A DNA stretch of 64,000 bases from a bacterium (GCA_043803945.1 JAZDJN010000087.1:288001-352000); one strand, 5' to 3'. Counted from the stretch's first letter, positions 28,930-38,640 are shown. Translations and numbers: made by a program. Notes: generated by a model not told the origin, from the sequence alone.

Positions 28930-31560
28930 TTAATGAACGGCCTCTTCTTTTTGTGATATTCCTTTTAGTTCTGCTTTGTAAAGTGCTTGTGTAAAAGAAG
29001 GTAGTTGTTCAACGAACTCTTCTACTTGTGCCTTGTTGTATTGGCCGGTTTTCTCAATTAGTATTTCAGCGTTCAAATTAGCGATTCCAGTAAGCGAGCC
29101 TCTAATCGCTGAGGGGTACGTGCTTAATTCTGTGCTTGATTGTTGAATAAACACAGTAAATCGGATCCACCGAGCGGCAGGATCAATCAATTCACCTAAC
29201 TTCTCTGCAACTTTTTGTCGCAGGTTATTGATGGATCCTTCATTTGTTGTCTGAATGCCAAACTCGCTTGCTGTTTCTTCCACTATTGCTGGAGGCATGG
29301 TGGTTTCAGGAATCGTTGAATCTATTACTCCTGGTTGCGGAACAACTGGTGGTTGTCCAATGGGAAGTTGAGGAGATCCACCCTCCTCCACAAATGGCTC
29401 TACCACGAGAACATCATTCCATTCAGTTCCTGCAAAAGCCGGTGTACTGCCACAGTATCTTGTTCGAGCATTCTTCAAACCAACGCGCTTGTCCTTACAC
29501 AATTGTGAGAATGCTTGAGTTAGAATAGTTTCAGCCGTGAAGACGGGGAATCCAAGAGTTTTTTTATAGGTCGCCTTGATTTCACCAACCGTCCTATCAA
29601 AAATGAGTTTACCTGGTTCCTCTTGCAGACAATCAATAATATGATCCTCAAATCTTTGACGTGGATAAATATTTTGTTGCAGTTGTGTTAGTACCTCTGT
29701 CCGATTTGTGGCGGAGCCAAGTGGTTCAAGTTCAAATTCAAGCGTTTGTTCTCCGTTTGCTTTTGTGTGGATTGACACATAATACAGACCGGCCTTCTTA
29801 AAGACCTCATCGATATATCGAACGTTCTCAATGCTGATTTTCTCGTATTGTCGTTTTCTCTCAGCATCGTTAGTGTGGCCGGCAAGATTTGAAGCTGACA
29901 TTGCGAGCTGCGCCCATTTTACTAAATCAGGATTATCCAGGGCGTTAAATGATTCGGATTTTGGCTCAAGAAGAATTATTTGATTGCGTATTTCAGCGCC
30001 ATGATAAACAAAGGCTTTCTCTGTCTTGTCTAATCGGTGGGGTGCGAGAACCCAGCGGAGGCTATTTTTATCCAGTTGGGAAAGAGAATTTCGTGCTTGT
30101 GAAGAATCTCTAAAAATAACTGCATTTGAATCACCAAATACATTTACCCGCCAACGAGTTAACGAAAACTCTCGTGCATCGTTAGGATCGATCTTCAGGG
30201 CACCATACTCCACCTTAGCATACGGTTTTTCTTGAGTGTCGAAGAAATAAGATTCTTCTGAGCGCTGGAAGTAAGCTCCAAGTTTATCAAGCGCTTGCAA
30301 TGTCGCTTGGAAGACATTAAAATCGTCTCCTGGTTTTATGACCTGACGTTGAAGCTCTGCTTCCTTTATTCCTCTAATCGAACCACTACCAGTAAGAGTC
30401 GCACTAAGCGTAGCTGAGACAACTTCAGTAGAAAATGGCAAGGAATGCAGATCTCTTAAATCTGCTTGTGCGCAATTTAAGATGTGTTGCCCGGGATCGA
30501 GATCTGTGAGTCGATTACGAATACCGTTATCGTTGATATCGATGTGAGCTGCGGTAATGATATCTGTCTTTTTATAAGTGTTACGAACGACATTTGCCAG
30601 AAGCCCAAGTGGTCCTCTGTTACCTTGAAAATTTTGTCTAAGGACTCTATGAAGAAACATATTGAGTAGCTCTGGAGAAAATGGGAAACTACTTCTCAAT
30701 TGATCGGAATATTTTTCATCTACAACAATGCCAACCTTCTTCCATTGATTGACATAACTGGAGATGACATTATCGACTTTCGCCCGATCGACGGAATTGG
30801 CATTTGAAAAAAGGCGATGGAGGATCACATTTTGTCGATCACGGGGTTCAGTGAACTTCACATTTATAGGACCAACTCGTTTTAAGGTATCTCCCGGTTC
30901 TTTGGTTGCTTCGTATACCGATGCGAACATAGTAACGGAAGTTGTATCAGTACGATTTGCTTCCTCGCTCAATTGCTGAAGAAAAAGGATATTCTGCTTT
31001 TGGTTAAAATCATGTGGCATACTTTGAATACCCATCTCGAGCTCATCGAGAATGAGGATTAATTTTTTACCCGATAAGGCAATTCTGAGCTCATCGAGAT
31101 TTGGTACTTTCTTTGGATCAATCTTTGAGGCCAATCCAAGTTTATCGAACACCATCCACCAAATCGAATCGAGAGGAAAATCTGTAAACTTATGAATTAT
31201 AACCGTGACGTCTTCCGGGAGATTGCAGGTTAGATTATGTTTAGCAAGCCAAGTTCTGGCAATTGATGGACTGGTGAAGAGGTGATAGATTAACAATTCG
31301 AGATGTGACTTACCGCTTCCTTTGAATCCTTCCAGAAGAAATAATCCTGGTGTTCGTTCACTCGAATTGAACCGCTGGTGTAAATTTTCCAATACTATCT
31401 TGACGTCAGCGGTTGGATAGGTGATATCGAAGAAGTCTTGGGGTCGGGACTCAATAGATTTCTTCTTTTGATCCCTTAGATTCTCAAGATCGATAACTCC
31501 TTCGATTCCATCTTTTTTGAGGACTTCTGGGCGGGGGGTAATGATGTCGGAAAGGCTCAT
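28930..31560 (-). CDS. DUF499-family AAA+ ATPase (BrxC-related)
   Basis: FFDITYPT, Walker A GFKGSGKSH, Walker B LILILDEL, FPFSPEL, FQGNRGPLGLLA; AAGGAG SD. Confidence 0.85.
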   Translation of the reverse strand: MSLSDIITPRPEVLKKDGIEGVIDLENLRDQKKKSIESRPQDFFDITYPTADVKIVLENLHQRFNSSERTPGLFLLEGFKGSGKSHLELLIYHLFTSPSIARTWLAKHNLTCNLPEDVTVIIHKFTDFPLDSIWWMVFDKLGLASKIDPKKVPNLDELRIALSGKKLILILDELEMGIQSMPHDFNQKQNILFLQQLSEEANRTDTTSVTMFASVYEATKEPGDTLKRVGPINVKFTEPRDRQNVILHRLFSNANSVDRAKVDNVISSYVNQWKKVGIVVDEKYSDQLRSSFPFSPELLNMFLHRVLRQNFQGNRGPLGLLANVVRNTYKKTDIITAAHIDINDNGIRNRLTDLDPGQHILNCAQADLRDLHSLPFSTEVVSATLSATLTGSGSIRGIKEAELQRQVIKPGDDFNVFQATLQALDKLGAYFQRSEESYFFDTQEKPYAKVEYGALKIDPNDAREFSLTRWRVNVFGDSNAVIFRDSSQARNSLSQLDKNSLRWVLAPHRLDKTEKAFVYHGAEIRNQIILLEPKSESFNALDNPDLVKWAQLAMSASNLAGHTNDAERKRQYEKISIENVRYIDEVFKKAGLYYVSIHTKANGEQTLEFELEPLGSATNRTEVLTQLQQNIYPRQRFEDHIIDCLQEEPGKLIFDRTVGEIKATYKKTLGFPVFTAETILTQAFSQLCKDKRVGLKNARTRYCGSTPAFAGTEWNDVLVVEPFVEEGGSPQLPIGQPPVVPQPGVIDSTIPETTMPPAIVEETASEFGIQTTNEGSINNLRQKVAEKLGELIDPAARWIRFTVFIQQSSTELSTYPSAIRGSLTGIANLNAEILIEKTGQYNKAQVEEFVEQLPSFTQALYKAELKGISQKEEAVH

Positions 31561-31585
31561 TGTTTTCTCCTTATTTCCTAATTCA

Positions 31586-31646
31586 AATATAAAAGAAATA
31601 AGGAATTATATCAAGACGCTTTCAAGAATTCTTGAAATGTCTTGAT
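31586..31646 (-). promoter_or_regulatory. Promoter of the DUF499 operon overlapped by a 37-bp palindrome
   Basis: TTGATA (31614-31609), N17, TATATT (31591-31586); inverted repeat ATCAAGAC-GC-TTTCAAGAATTCTTGAAA-T-GTCTTGAT at 31610-31646. Confidence 0.55.
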
Positions 31647-31700
31647 TTATCCGTGTAAACCGCAACCCTTTTATAGATTAGGGACCGTTATAAATAACAC

Positions 31701-31735
31701 AAAGGGTTGTCTCTCTTGTTCGAGGGACAACCCTT
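31701..31735 (-). terminator. Terminator of the S41 protease gene
   Basis: AAGGGTTGTCCCTC-gaacaa-GAGAGACAACCCTT followed by T-rich sequence on the minus strand. Confidence 0.7.
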
Positions 31736-31760
31736 CTTGCTCTACTCTTAATGAATGGGG

Positions 31761-33395
31761 CTATTTCAAGTTGGCAAACTTCGCCGCTTCCGGCAACAGG
31801 CTTAGCGCTTTCTGGAACTGCGTATCAACCTGCAGCATGACAGGATACCAGCCGTCGTTTGCCCAGAAACTATGGGCGATATGCCCTTTGATTCTTGTCT
31901 TGATATAGGCAATATCCTTTTCAAATTCACTCTCGTTGATTGTGATCTCTTTCTTCTTGATAAAGGCTCTGAACTCTGCAAGGATCTTCTCGTCAACGGT
32001 AAAGGATGTGAGATATTTTTTCAGATCGCTGCTCCAGTTTTGCCGAATCCCCTGTCCGGCTCCATCGAGGTAAGCTGTTACAAATTGATAGAAGAGGTCC
32101 CGGCGGAAGAGGTCCTCCGTAGTTTTGGTCAGGTTCATCGGTTTAATAACAAAGTCGGGTGTAACACCGCCGCCGCCATAGACGATGCGCCCCTTATTGG
32201 TTTTAAACATCGGGCGGGTTGTATCGGCAGTCTCTTTAAGGTCTTTCTTGTGTTCGAGATTATCGCCTTCCTGCTCGTTGCGCTCAAAGGCCTCACGCTG
32301 GTATGCAGATTTATCTTTCCCTTCGTACATGCGCTGAATTAATCTTCCGCTTGGAGTATAGTAACGTGCAATGGTCAGCCGGATGCCGGAGCCATCGGGA
32401 AAATCGAGCTGCCGCTGGACAAGCCCCTTGCCAAAGCTTGTCTCGCCAACGATGAGGCCGCGGTCCCAATCCTGGATTGCGCCAGCAACGATTTCGCTTG
32501 CACTGGCAGATGCGTTATTCAGCAGAATAACCAGAGGGATTTTTTCGTACTCCTGACCTGTTGTTGCCACATACCGTTCTTCTATTTCCGGCCTTCGTGC
32601 TTTGGTGTATACGATGTTCTTCGGTTTATCCTTCGTTCCGCCATCGAGAAAGAGGTCGGCCATGCGTACCGCCTGTTCCATCACACCGCCGGGATTGTTC
32701 CGCAGGTCAAGAATCAGTTTTTTCATCCCTCGATCCTTCAAGCCGGCAAGAGTACGCTTCATTTCATCATCGGTGGTCAGAGCAAACTTGTTGACACTGA
32801 TATACCCAACCTCGTCGTTAATCATGGTTGCTACATCGACACTCTTGATATCGATAATATCGCGGACGATATCGTACGTGAGGAGTTCCTTCACACCGGG
32901 GCGAATGATGCCGACCTTCACGCGCGTTCCCTTGGGGCCCCGCAGCCGTTTTGACGCTTCTTCAACACGAATACTAACGGATGCACTGTCGTTGATTTTT
33001 ACAATCCGATCGTTTGCCATAATGCCGAGCCTTGCAGCAGGACCGCCGCCCATTGGTTCCAGCACAATGATCGAGTCGTTCAGTTCGCGTATTGACAGCC
33101 CAACCCCCTGATAGTTACCGCGCATCTCCTCCGTCACCCGTGCAAATTGCGTGGGCCTGAAATACATGGAGTGCGGGTCCAGGCTGTCGATCATCCCGTA
33201 GATCGCCCCATCAACAAGATTTTTTACGCTCACCTCCTCAACATAGTACTTCTCTGTGAAGCTGAGAACATCCTGGAACTTCTTGATCTGTTCATACATA
33301 TTGTCGGCAGAGCTTAACTCTCGGGATTGAAAACCGAGAAACAGTGCAACGAGGACAAGGACGACAAGCGTGCCGGCCGAAAACTTCTTTTTCAT
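31761..33395 (-). CDS. S41 family carboxy-terminal processing protease (CtpA/Prc type)
   Basis: LDPHS.Y, PDZ region, LILDLRNNPGG, SASASEIVAGAIQD, GETSFGKGLVQ, LTIARYYTPSGR.IQ. Confidence 0.95.
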   Translation of the reverse strand: MKKKFSAGTLVVLVLVALFLGFQSRELSSADNMYEQIKKFQDVLSFTEKYYVEEVSVKNLVDGAIYGMIDSLDPHSMYFRPTQFARVTEEMRGNYQGVGLSIRELNDSIIVLEPMGGGPAARLGIMANDRIVKINDSASVSIRVEEASKRLRGPKGTRVKVGIIRPGVKELLTYDIVRDIIDIKSVDVATMINDEVGYISVNKFALTTDDEMKRTLAGLKDRGMKKLILDLRNNPGGVMEQAVRMADLFLDGGTKDKPKNIVYTKARRPEIEERYVATTGQEYEKIPLVILLNNASASASEIVAGAIQDWDRGLIVGETSFGKGLVQRQLDFPDGSGIRLTIARYYTPSGRLIQRMYEGKDKSAYQREAFERNEQEGDNLEHKKDLKETADTTRPMFKTNKGRIVYGGGGVTPDFVIKPMNLTKTTEDLFRRDLFYQFVTAYLDGAGQGIRQNWSSDLKKYLTSFTVDEKILAEFRAFIKKKEITINESEFEKDIAYIKTRIKGHIAHSFWANDGWYPVMLQVDTQFQKALSLLPEAAKFANLK

Positions 33396-33612
33396 AAAAT
33401 CACCTTTTTCACAACCTCTATCAATATCATGATCGCGTAGTTACCTTATGTAACGAACAAGATGCAATAACAATTCCTTCATTAAAATACGAAATAACCC
33501 GCTCAGACAAAACTGTTATTTCTCCAATTCCTGTTTCTTATTCCTGATGGTATAAAAATCTTGTCGGTTCTTTCATATCACAACATCTTAACTGATCTCA
33601 CACCACCGTGCA

Positions 33613-33636
33613 TAAAAAACCCCAGCAGAGCCGGGG
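33613..33636 (-). terminator. Rho-independent terminator after the TPR gene
   Basis: Minus strand CCCCGG-CTCTG-CTGGGG-TTTTTTT. Confidence 0.55.
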
Positions 33637-33666
33637 CGCGTGCAACACAGCTCGTTTTTCTCATCA

Positions 33667-34638
33667 TTAATTCATAAGCTCGCTGACCCGTTTTTGTGCA
33701 TTCACCTTATCGGGCCCATCGGCAATCAAGACAAGGTAGATTTGATAGTATTGGACAGCCTCAGTGAATGAGCCGCGGAATTCGTACATTTGCGCTTTCC
33801 TAAACAGGTGCGATGCTGTCGAAGGATCTGCTTTCAGTGCCCGTCCATAGTGTGCCACGGCGACATCGACTTTCCCTTTTGCAACATAGGCATCGCCTAG
33901 AAGCCGGTACCCTTCTGAATCATCGGGAGTGAGCATCAAACATTTTTCAAGGACAGCAATTGCATCGTCGATCCGTTTTTTTGAAAAGAGAAACTCTCCA
34001 AGGCGCCTATAGGCTTCGCCCGCTCCGGGCTTCACCTTGATTGCCTTTCTGAAGCAATCTTCTGAGAGCTTGAAGTTTCCTTTTTCTGCCATTACTTTTC
34101 CAATGGCGAGTAACCCCATATAGGAATCAAGCCGATATATTTGTTGTGCCTGGACATGGGCCTTATCGAATCCGCCTCCTAACAACGAAGGAGCAAGAAG
34201 GTAATACTCCAGCAATGCCTCCCGATAGGGAACTGAGTTTGCATCATACTGGACCGCTTCTTCCAGATGCTCTTTTACTTCAAGCGCAATGAAGGGTTTG
34301 CGAAGCATCCCGGCAGAAGGGAATTCAAGTTTATAAGCTTCAGCAAGCTTGTAGTGATACTCGGCGTTTTGCCGCTCCAGTGAAACGGCAAGCTCAAATT
34401 CCTTGATTGCCTCCATCGTCTTGCCCGGTTCCGCAAGCAATGCAATGCCGCTCAGATAATGTGCTTTTGCCCTGTCGTCCCCATCAGACCTCATCTCACC
34501 GGAAAGGGTCTCAGCATGAAGTTCCTGTTGGAGGGTGTACACAGGTGGTTGATTTGCTTCAACCTCTTCGTTCAACACAACCAGGGAGAGTAGGAGTATT
34601 AAAATCCCCCATGCGATTGAATACGCCTGTTTTTTCAT
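33667..34638 (-). CDS. Tetratricopeptide-repeat protein (exported)
   Basis: Start MKKQAYSIAWGILILLLSLVV at 34638; several TPR-like repeats (AY..LG......A...F.KA...P). Confidence 0.85.
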   Translation of the reverse strand: MKKQAYSIAWGILILLLSLVVLNEEVEANQPPVYTLQQELHAETLSGEMRSDGDDRAKAHYLSGIALLAEPGKTMEAIKEFELAVSLERQNAEYHYKLAEAYKLEFPSAGMLRKPFIALEVKEHLEEAVQYDANSVPYREALLEYYLLAPSLLGGGFDKAHVQAQQIYRLDSYMGLLAIGKVMAEKGNFKLSEDCFRKAIKVKPGAGEAYRRLGEFLFSKKRIDDAIAVLEKCLMLTPDDSEGYRLLGDAYVAKGKVDVAVAHYGRALKADPSTASHLFRKAQMYEFRGSFTEAVQYYQIYLVLIADGPDKVNAQKRVSELMN

Positions 34639-34704
34639 GGCATTGTTCCTTGTCTGCTGTCTTAGCAATACGACAAACTTGTACCGATGTTGCACGAAGA
34701 ACGC

Positions 34705-35853
34705 TTATCCCTTTATAGCGGCAGCACCTGCTGCGGCTTCCTTTTGGTTTTCCTCTCCAATACGATACGGTACTTTTATACACACTTCCAGCCCCTTCGC
34801 TGGGATACTGGTAAATTGGAGGGCTTCAAGGTCGCCATAGAGCTGAATCAAACGGGCCCTTGTATTGCTCAATCCGATTCCTTCTGTAATCCCGGTGCCA
34901 TTTTCACTCGGCAGCCCGGGCCCATTATCAATAACAGTAAGATGTACTTTTTCGTTCATTTTACGGGCAGCAATAGTTACCATTCCCCCGCTCCGCCGGG
35001 TATTGACGGCGTACTTAATCGCATTTTCGACAATCGGCTGAAGGATGAGATTAGGAACCTTCAAGGGGAGCAGTTCTTTTGGAATATCGATGACGACTTT
35101 AAGGCGGCGCCCGAACCGCACTTTCTCTATCTCTAGATATTGTTGAAGAAAATCAATTTCTTCCTTCAACGTCACCTCCTGCACGCCAACGGTCTTCAGG
35201 GAATAGCGCAGAAGGTCACCCAGTCTCGTCAGAACCCGATCGGCATCGTCAACATTTTTATGCATGAGCGAAGAAATTGCATTCAGGGTGTTAAAGAGAA
35301 AGTGCGGGTGAAGTTGCATTTTCAATGCCTGAAGTTCTGCCTGGGTGAGTTGTTGTTTCAGTTTCATCGTATGCAGTTCGTGCTCACGATAGCGATGATA
35401 GTATTCAACAAGATACCCAACGGCGAGCACAATCCAGTACGTGAGCACATTCATGTGGAAATTCACAGCAAAGAGAAACTCCACCGACCGAAATTCTTCA
35501 AAGAGTTGAAGAGCATATGGCCTGAAGGACATATCCACAATCTGCGCGGCGATCAACTGGGTTACTGCGAGGATGAAGCTTACCGGTATATGAACGAGGA
35601 GTGCCCGAATGATCGATTGCCGTTCAAAGCGGAATCGTTTCGCGAGCCAGAAGATTATCGGCGTGAAGAGCGCCCAGAGGTAGTAAAATGGAAGATTGAT
35701 CTGAATTGCGCGCGACCAGGAGATCGACGATTTCAAAATATCGGCATACCAGACATACGCCTGCGACGCGAAGAACAATCCCACGAGCGTCCAGATTAAC
35801 CACACGAGAAGCCACCGAACCAGCCGATATTCAAAAAGCTTGTGCTTGAACAT
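34705..35853 (-). CDS. LytS/YehU-family sensor histidine kinase
   Basis: Four N-terminal TM segments; LKMQLHPHFLFNTLNAI, LQPIVENAIKY, DNGPG, GIGLSN..RL. Confidence 0.92.
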   Translation of the reverse strand: MFKHKLFEYRLVRWLLVWLIWTLVGLFFASQAYVWYADILKSSISWSRAIQINLPFYYLWALFTPIIFWLAKRFRFERQSIIRALLVHIPVSFILAVTQLIAAQIVDMSFRPYALQLFEEFRSVEFLFAVNFHMNVLTYWIVLAVGYLVEYYHRYREHELHTMKLKQQLTQAELQALKMQLHPHFLFNTLNAISSLMHKNVDDADRVLTRLGDLLRYSLKTVGVQEVTLKEEIDFLQQYLEIEKVRFGRRLKVVIDIPKELLPLKVPNLILQPIVENAIKYAVNTRRSGGMVTIAARKMNEKVHLTVIDNGPGLPSENGTGITEGIGLSNTRARLIQLYGDLEALQFTSIPAKGLEVCIKVPYRIGEENQKEAAAGAAAIKG

Positions 35854-35869
35854 ATCTTAAATAATCCAC

Positions 35870-37357
35870 CTACTTTGTACGCAATGATTGTTTCTGTTTC
35901 TCTGCTTCTTCCTTAATGATGTGCCAGACAGAGCGAACATCCTCTTCGCGAACCCGCAGATGACTGACGACAAGCCGGATAACATAGTCCCCTTTCAACT
36001 TCGTATGGGAAAGATAGGCTTTGCCGGTTTTGTTAACGGTATGCATTAGGCGTTCATTGAACGCATTCAATTCCGTTTCACTCTGAATGTCTTTTGGGTG
36101 CGCGCGAAAACAAATCGTGCTGAGCGGGACCGGTGCCATCAGTTCAAACTCCGGATCGTTTTTAATCCACGAAGCAGCTTCACGGGCAAGACGAATATGT
36201 TCTCTGAATCGCGCTGCCAATCCTTCCCACCCAAAATACCGGATGACAAACCAGAGTTTGAGTGCGCGAAACCTGCGCCCAAGCTGGAGTCCGTAATCCA
36301 TCAAGTTCTCAACCTCGCTGTCTGCCTGTGTACGAAGATATTCGGGAATGAGGCTGAATGCCTGTTTCAAGACGGCCGGTTTGCGTGTATAGAACGCACT
36401 GAGGTCTACAGGCACCGCCATCCACTTGTGCGGATTAATCACAAGCGAGTCGGCCCGGTTGCATCCATTGAGAATGTACTGCATCTCGGGTATAATGGCG
36501 GCAGTACCACCATGGGCCGCATCAACATGAAGCCAGAGATTCTCGCTCTCGCAAATGTCGGCAATGCGCGGAACAGGATCGATGCTCGTGCATGACGTTG
36601 TACCAACTGTTGCGGTGACACAGAACGGCCTGATGCCGCGGCGCCGGTCTTCCTGAATTGCCTCTTCCAGCGCCTCCGGGATCATCTGGAAGGAATCGTC
36701 AACCGGAATTTTTCGCACACCATCCAATCCAAAACCGAGCGTGATCGCCGCTTTATCGATAGATGAGTGCGCAAATTCAGAAGCATACATACGCAATTTT
36801 GGCAGATCTGTTCTGCCGGACATTCCCTGCTCACGGATGTGGAGGTCACCCGCCTGCTCCCGCGCAGCCACAAATGCGTGCATCGTGCTGATCGACGCCG
36901 TATCGTAGATGATGCCCCAGTACTCCTCCGGTAATCCAATCATTTGCCTGAGCCAGCTTAGTGTGACCTGCTCCAGTTCCGTCACAACGGGTCCGGTTTG
37001 CCAGATCATGCCGTTCACACTGAATGCCGCACTATAGATATCGGCAAGAATTCCCGGGCTGCTCGCGGATGAGGTAAAGTAGGCAAAGAACCGCGGATGA
37101 TTCCAGTGCGTCATACCGGGCATGATGAGTGGATCAATGTCTGCAAGAATTTCTTCCATCCGTTGACCCTGAAGGGGCGGCGACTGCGGTAATGAATTCT
37201 TGATTTGCCCCGGCTTGACGGTGGGAAGGACTGGAAGCTCTTCGAGCCGGTCAAAATAATCCGAGACCCAGTCGATAACGTCATGGCCGCTGCTTCTAAA
37301 CTCTTCCGTTGGCATATCGCCGGCAGAGGGTGGTTGTTTATGTTCGTCGTTGTTCAT
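35870..37357 (-). CDS. PLP-dependent aromatic-L-amino-acid decarboxylase (group II, DDC-like)
   Basis: PGMTHWNHPRFFAYF, AHSSIDKAA, ATVGTTS...DP, WLHVDAAHGG, NPHKW, LGRRFRALKLW. Confidence 0.92.
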   Translation of the reverse strand: MNNDEHKQPPSAGDMPTEEFRSSGHDVIDWVSDYFDRLEELPVLPTVKPGQIKNSLPQSPPLQGQRMEEILADIDPLIMPGMTHWNHPRFFAYFTSSASSPGILADIYSAAFSVNGMIWQTGPVVTELEQVTLSWLRQMIGLPEEYWGIIYDTASISTMHAFVAAREQAGDLHIREQGMSGRTDLPKLRMYASEFAHSSIDKAAITLGFGLDGVRKIPVDDSFQMIPEALEEAIQEDRRRGIRPFCVTATVGTTSCTSIDPVPRIADICESENLWLHVDAAHGGTAAIIPEMQYILNGCNRADSLVINPHKWMAVPVDLSAFYTRKPAVLKQAFSLIPEYLRTQADSEVENLMDYGLQLGRRFRALKLWFVIRYFGWEGLAARFREHIRLAREAASWIKNDPEFELMAPVPLSTICFRAHPKDIQSETELNAFNERLMHTVNKTGKAYLSHTKLKGDYVIRLVVSHLRVREEDVRSVWHIIKEEAEKQKQSLRTK

Positions 37358-37394
37358 CGTCGTTCACTGGTGCGCTGGCGCAGCACACTCACCC

Positions 37395-38312
37395 TTACCG
37401 GGAGGAAGGCTGCACCGGTGATGTTACGTCAAAAACAATTCTCCACTTGTTATCCAACTCCCTCCTCCACACCCTTGCGAAGTATCCTTGCTCGATAATT
37501 GTAGAATCGGAAAGCAGTTCGCTTTGTGTGTAACTGCCGTAGGTGTACCCCAGGTCGGCAGAACTTGCTGTTTCTGCTTTTTGTATTTCCCAGGTGATCA
37601 TAAGTTTTTTCGGAGAGAAATAGCGCTCGATGGTATCCCTGCCGACGAATGGTTCCAGATTTTGACGATAGAGCCGCGACTCGTCCGCAAGGTGGAGGGA
37701 GAGCGCGGTACGATATCCTTCCGTTTTCACATCTCTTAGGAACTCGCTCTCACCGGCGCCCAACGATGATTCTATGCTGCTCTGCTTATAAGAACCTGCA
37801 AGCTGCGGCGGCCGTTTTGCGCTTGCTCTCCGAACCTGCCTGTCACCGGTGAATGGCGTTCCTGTTTGAATGCCAAGATCCAGGGCAACATTCCATTGGC
37901 CATCGGATTGCTTTTTCCAAACAGTAAAATAATATCCATGCCTTGCTGGTTTTTTCTCCGCTGTGTTATCGGTAAGCGTAAATGGGCCCGTTGTATAGCC
38001 GAGAGCGCCATCCTGGGAGACATCGGCAACAATTGGCTGCCAGTCCAGTGTTACTGCAAGAGGATTTTCGGGCGGAGGCACCTTTTTCATGGCCTCTTTG
38101 TACTTTAGAGGATTCGGGCGAAACACAATTCCTTCATCGGAGAAGAACTTCATAAACGCATCGCGCACTCCGTGGGCAACACTGTATCGGGCGAAGGATC
38201 GCTCTGCTTCGACAAGCGATTGAAAGGAAGCGTCTTCCTGCTGTGTCCAAACTAGACCTCCACAGAGGAACAGAAAAAAGAGTCCTGGCCAGATTTTTTG
38301 AGAATCCATCAT
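37395..38312 (-). CDS. Exported protein with tandem NTF2-like (DUF4440) domains
   Basis: Signal peptide; two copies of L.W....A..S...LGYT.G.......G.Y..VW.K..DG.W....D. Confidence 0.8.
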   Translation of the reverse strand: MMDSQKIWPGLFFLFLCGGLVWTQQEDASFQSLVEAERSFARYSVAHGVRDAFMKFFSDEGIVFRPNPLKYKEAMKKVPPPENPLAVTLDWQPIVADVSQDGALGYTTGPFTLTDNTAEKKPARHGYYFTVWKKQSDGQWNVALDLGIQTGTPFTGDRQVRRASAKRPPQLAGSYKQSSIESSLGAGESEFLRDVKTEGYRTALSLHLADESRLYRQNLEPFVGRDTIERYFSPKKLMITWEIQKAETASSADLGYTYGSYTQSELLSDSTIIEQGYFARVWRRELDNKWRIVFDVTSPVQPSSR

Positions 38313-38439
38313 CCTTGTTTCCCTTGATCCAGAGTTGTCCTCACGGGTTTGATTGATTCTGCCTGTTCTTGAACGTCCACGGGAGTATTGTACTCAATAG
38401 TTCCAATAAAAAACATCATGTCTGTTCCGGTAAATAAAG

Positions 38440-38571
38440 AAGCCCGCGACTGACGATCTGAAGGAAGCAATACCACACGCAAGGGATATAAGGAGGGGAT
38501 GTCCTTCCGAAGGAATGATATCGGGGGACGTGTACGGTATGAAGGCCTCCCGCTTAGTCAACAGCGGGCTT
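38440..38571. ncRNA. Candidate structured RNA (long rod-like hairpin)
   Basis: Nested complementary arms AAGCCCGC/GCGGGCTT, GACTGA/TTAGTC, ATACC/GGTAT, ACACG/CGTGT, GATAT/ATATC, TCCTT/AAGGA. No family recognised; strand unresolved. Confidence 0.35.
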
Positions 38572-38609
38572 TCAACGCTACCAGTATAGAAAAGAACATA
38601 ATAGCTTCA

Positions 38610-38640
38610 CCCTCAGGATACAACCCTGAGGGCGTTTTTT
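38610..38640 (+). terminator. Terminator-like hairpin oriented on the plus strand
   Basis: CCCTCAGG-atacaac-CCTGAGGG-cg-TTTTTT; both flanking genes are on the minus strand. Confidence 0.5.

Larger units (their letters stand above)
22035..31717. mobile_element. Defence island bounded by imperfect 31-bp direct repeats
   Basis: GTTATCTATAACACAAAGGGTTTTCTCTCTT (22035-22065) vs GTTATAAATAACACAAAGGGTTGTCTCTCTT (31687-31717). The enclosed genes are all defence/TA type and visibly AT-richer. No integrase inside. Confidence 0.6.

Noticed and set aside
22076-31560. Complete BREX or DISARM system
   Set aside because: No PglX, BrxA, BrxB or BrxL, and no DrmA/B/C or methyltransferase recognisable.
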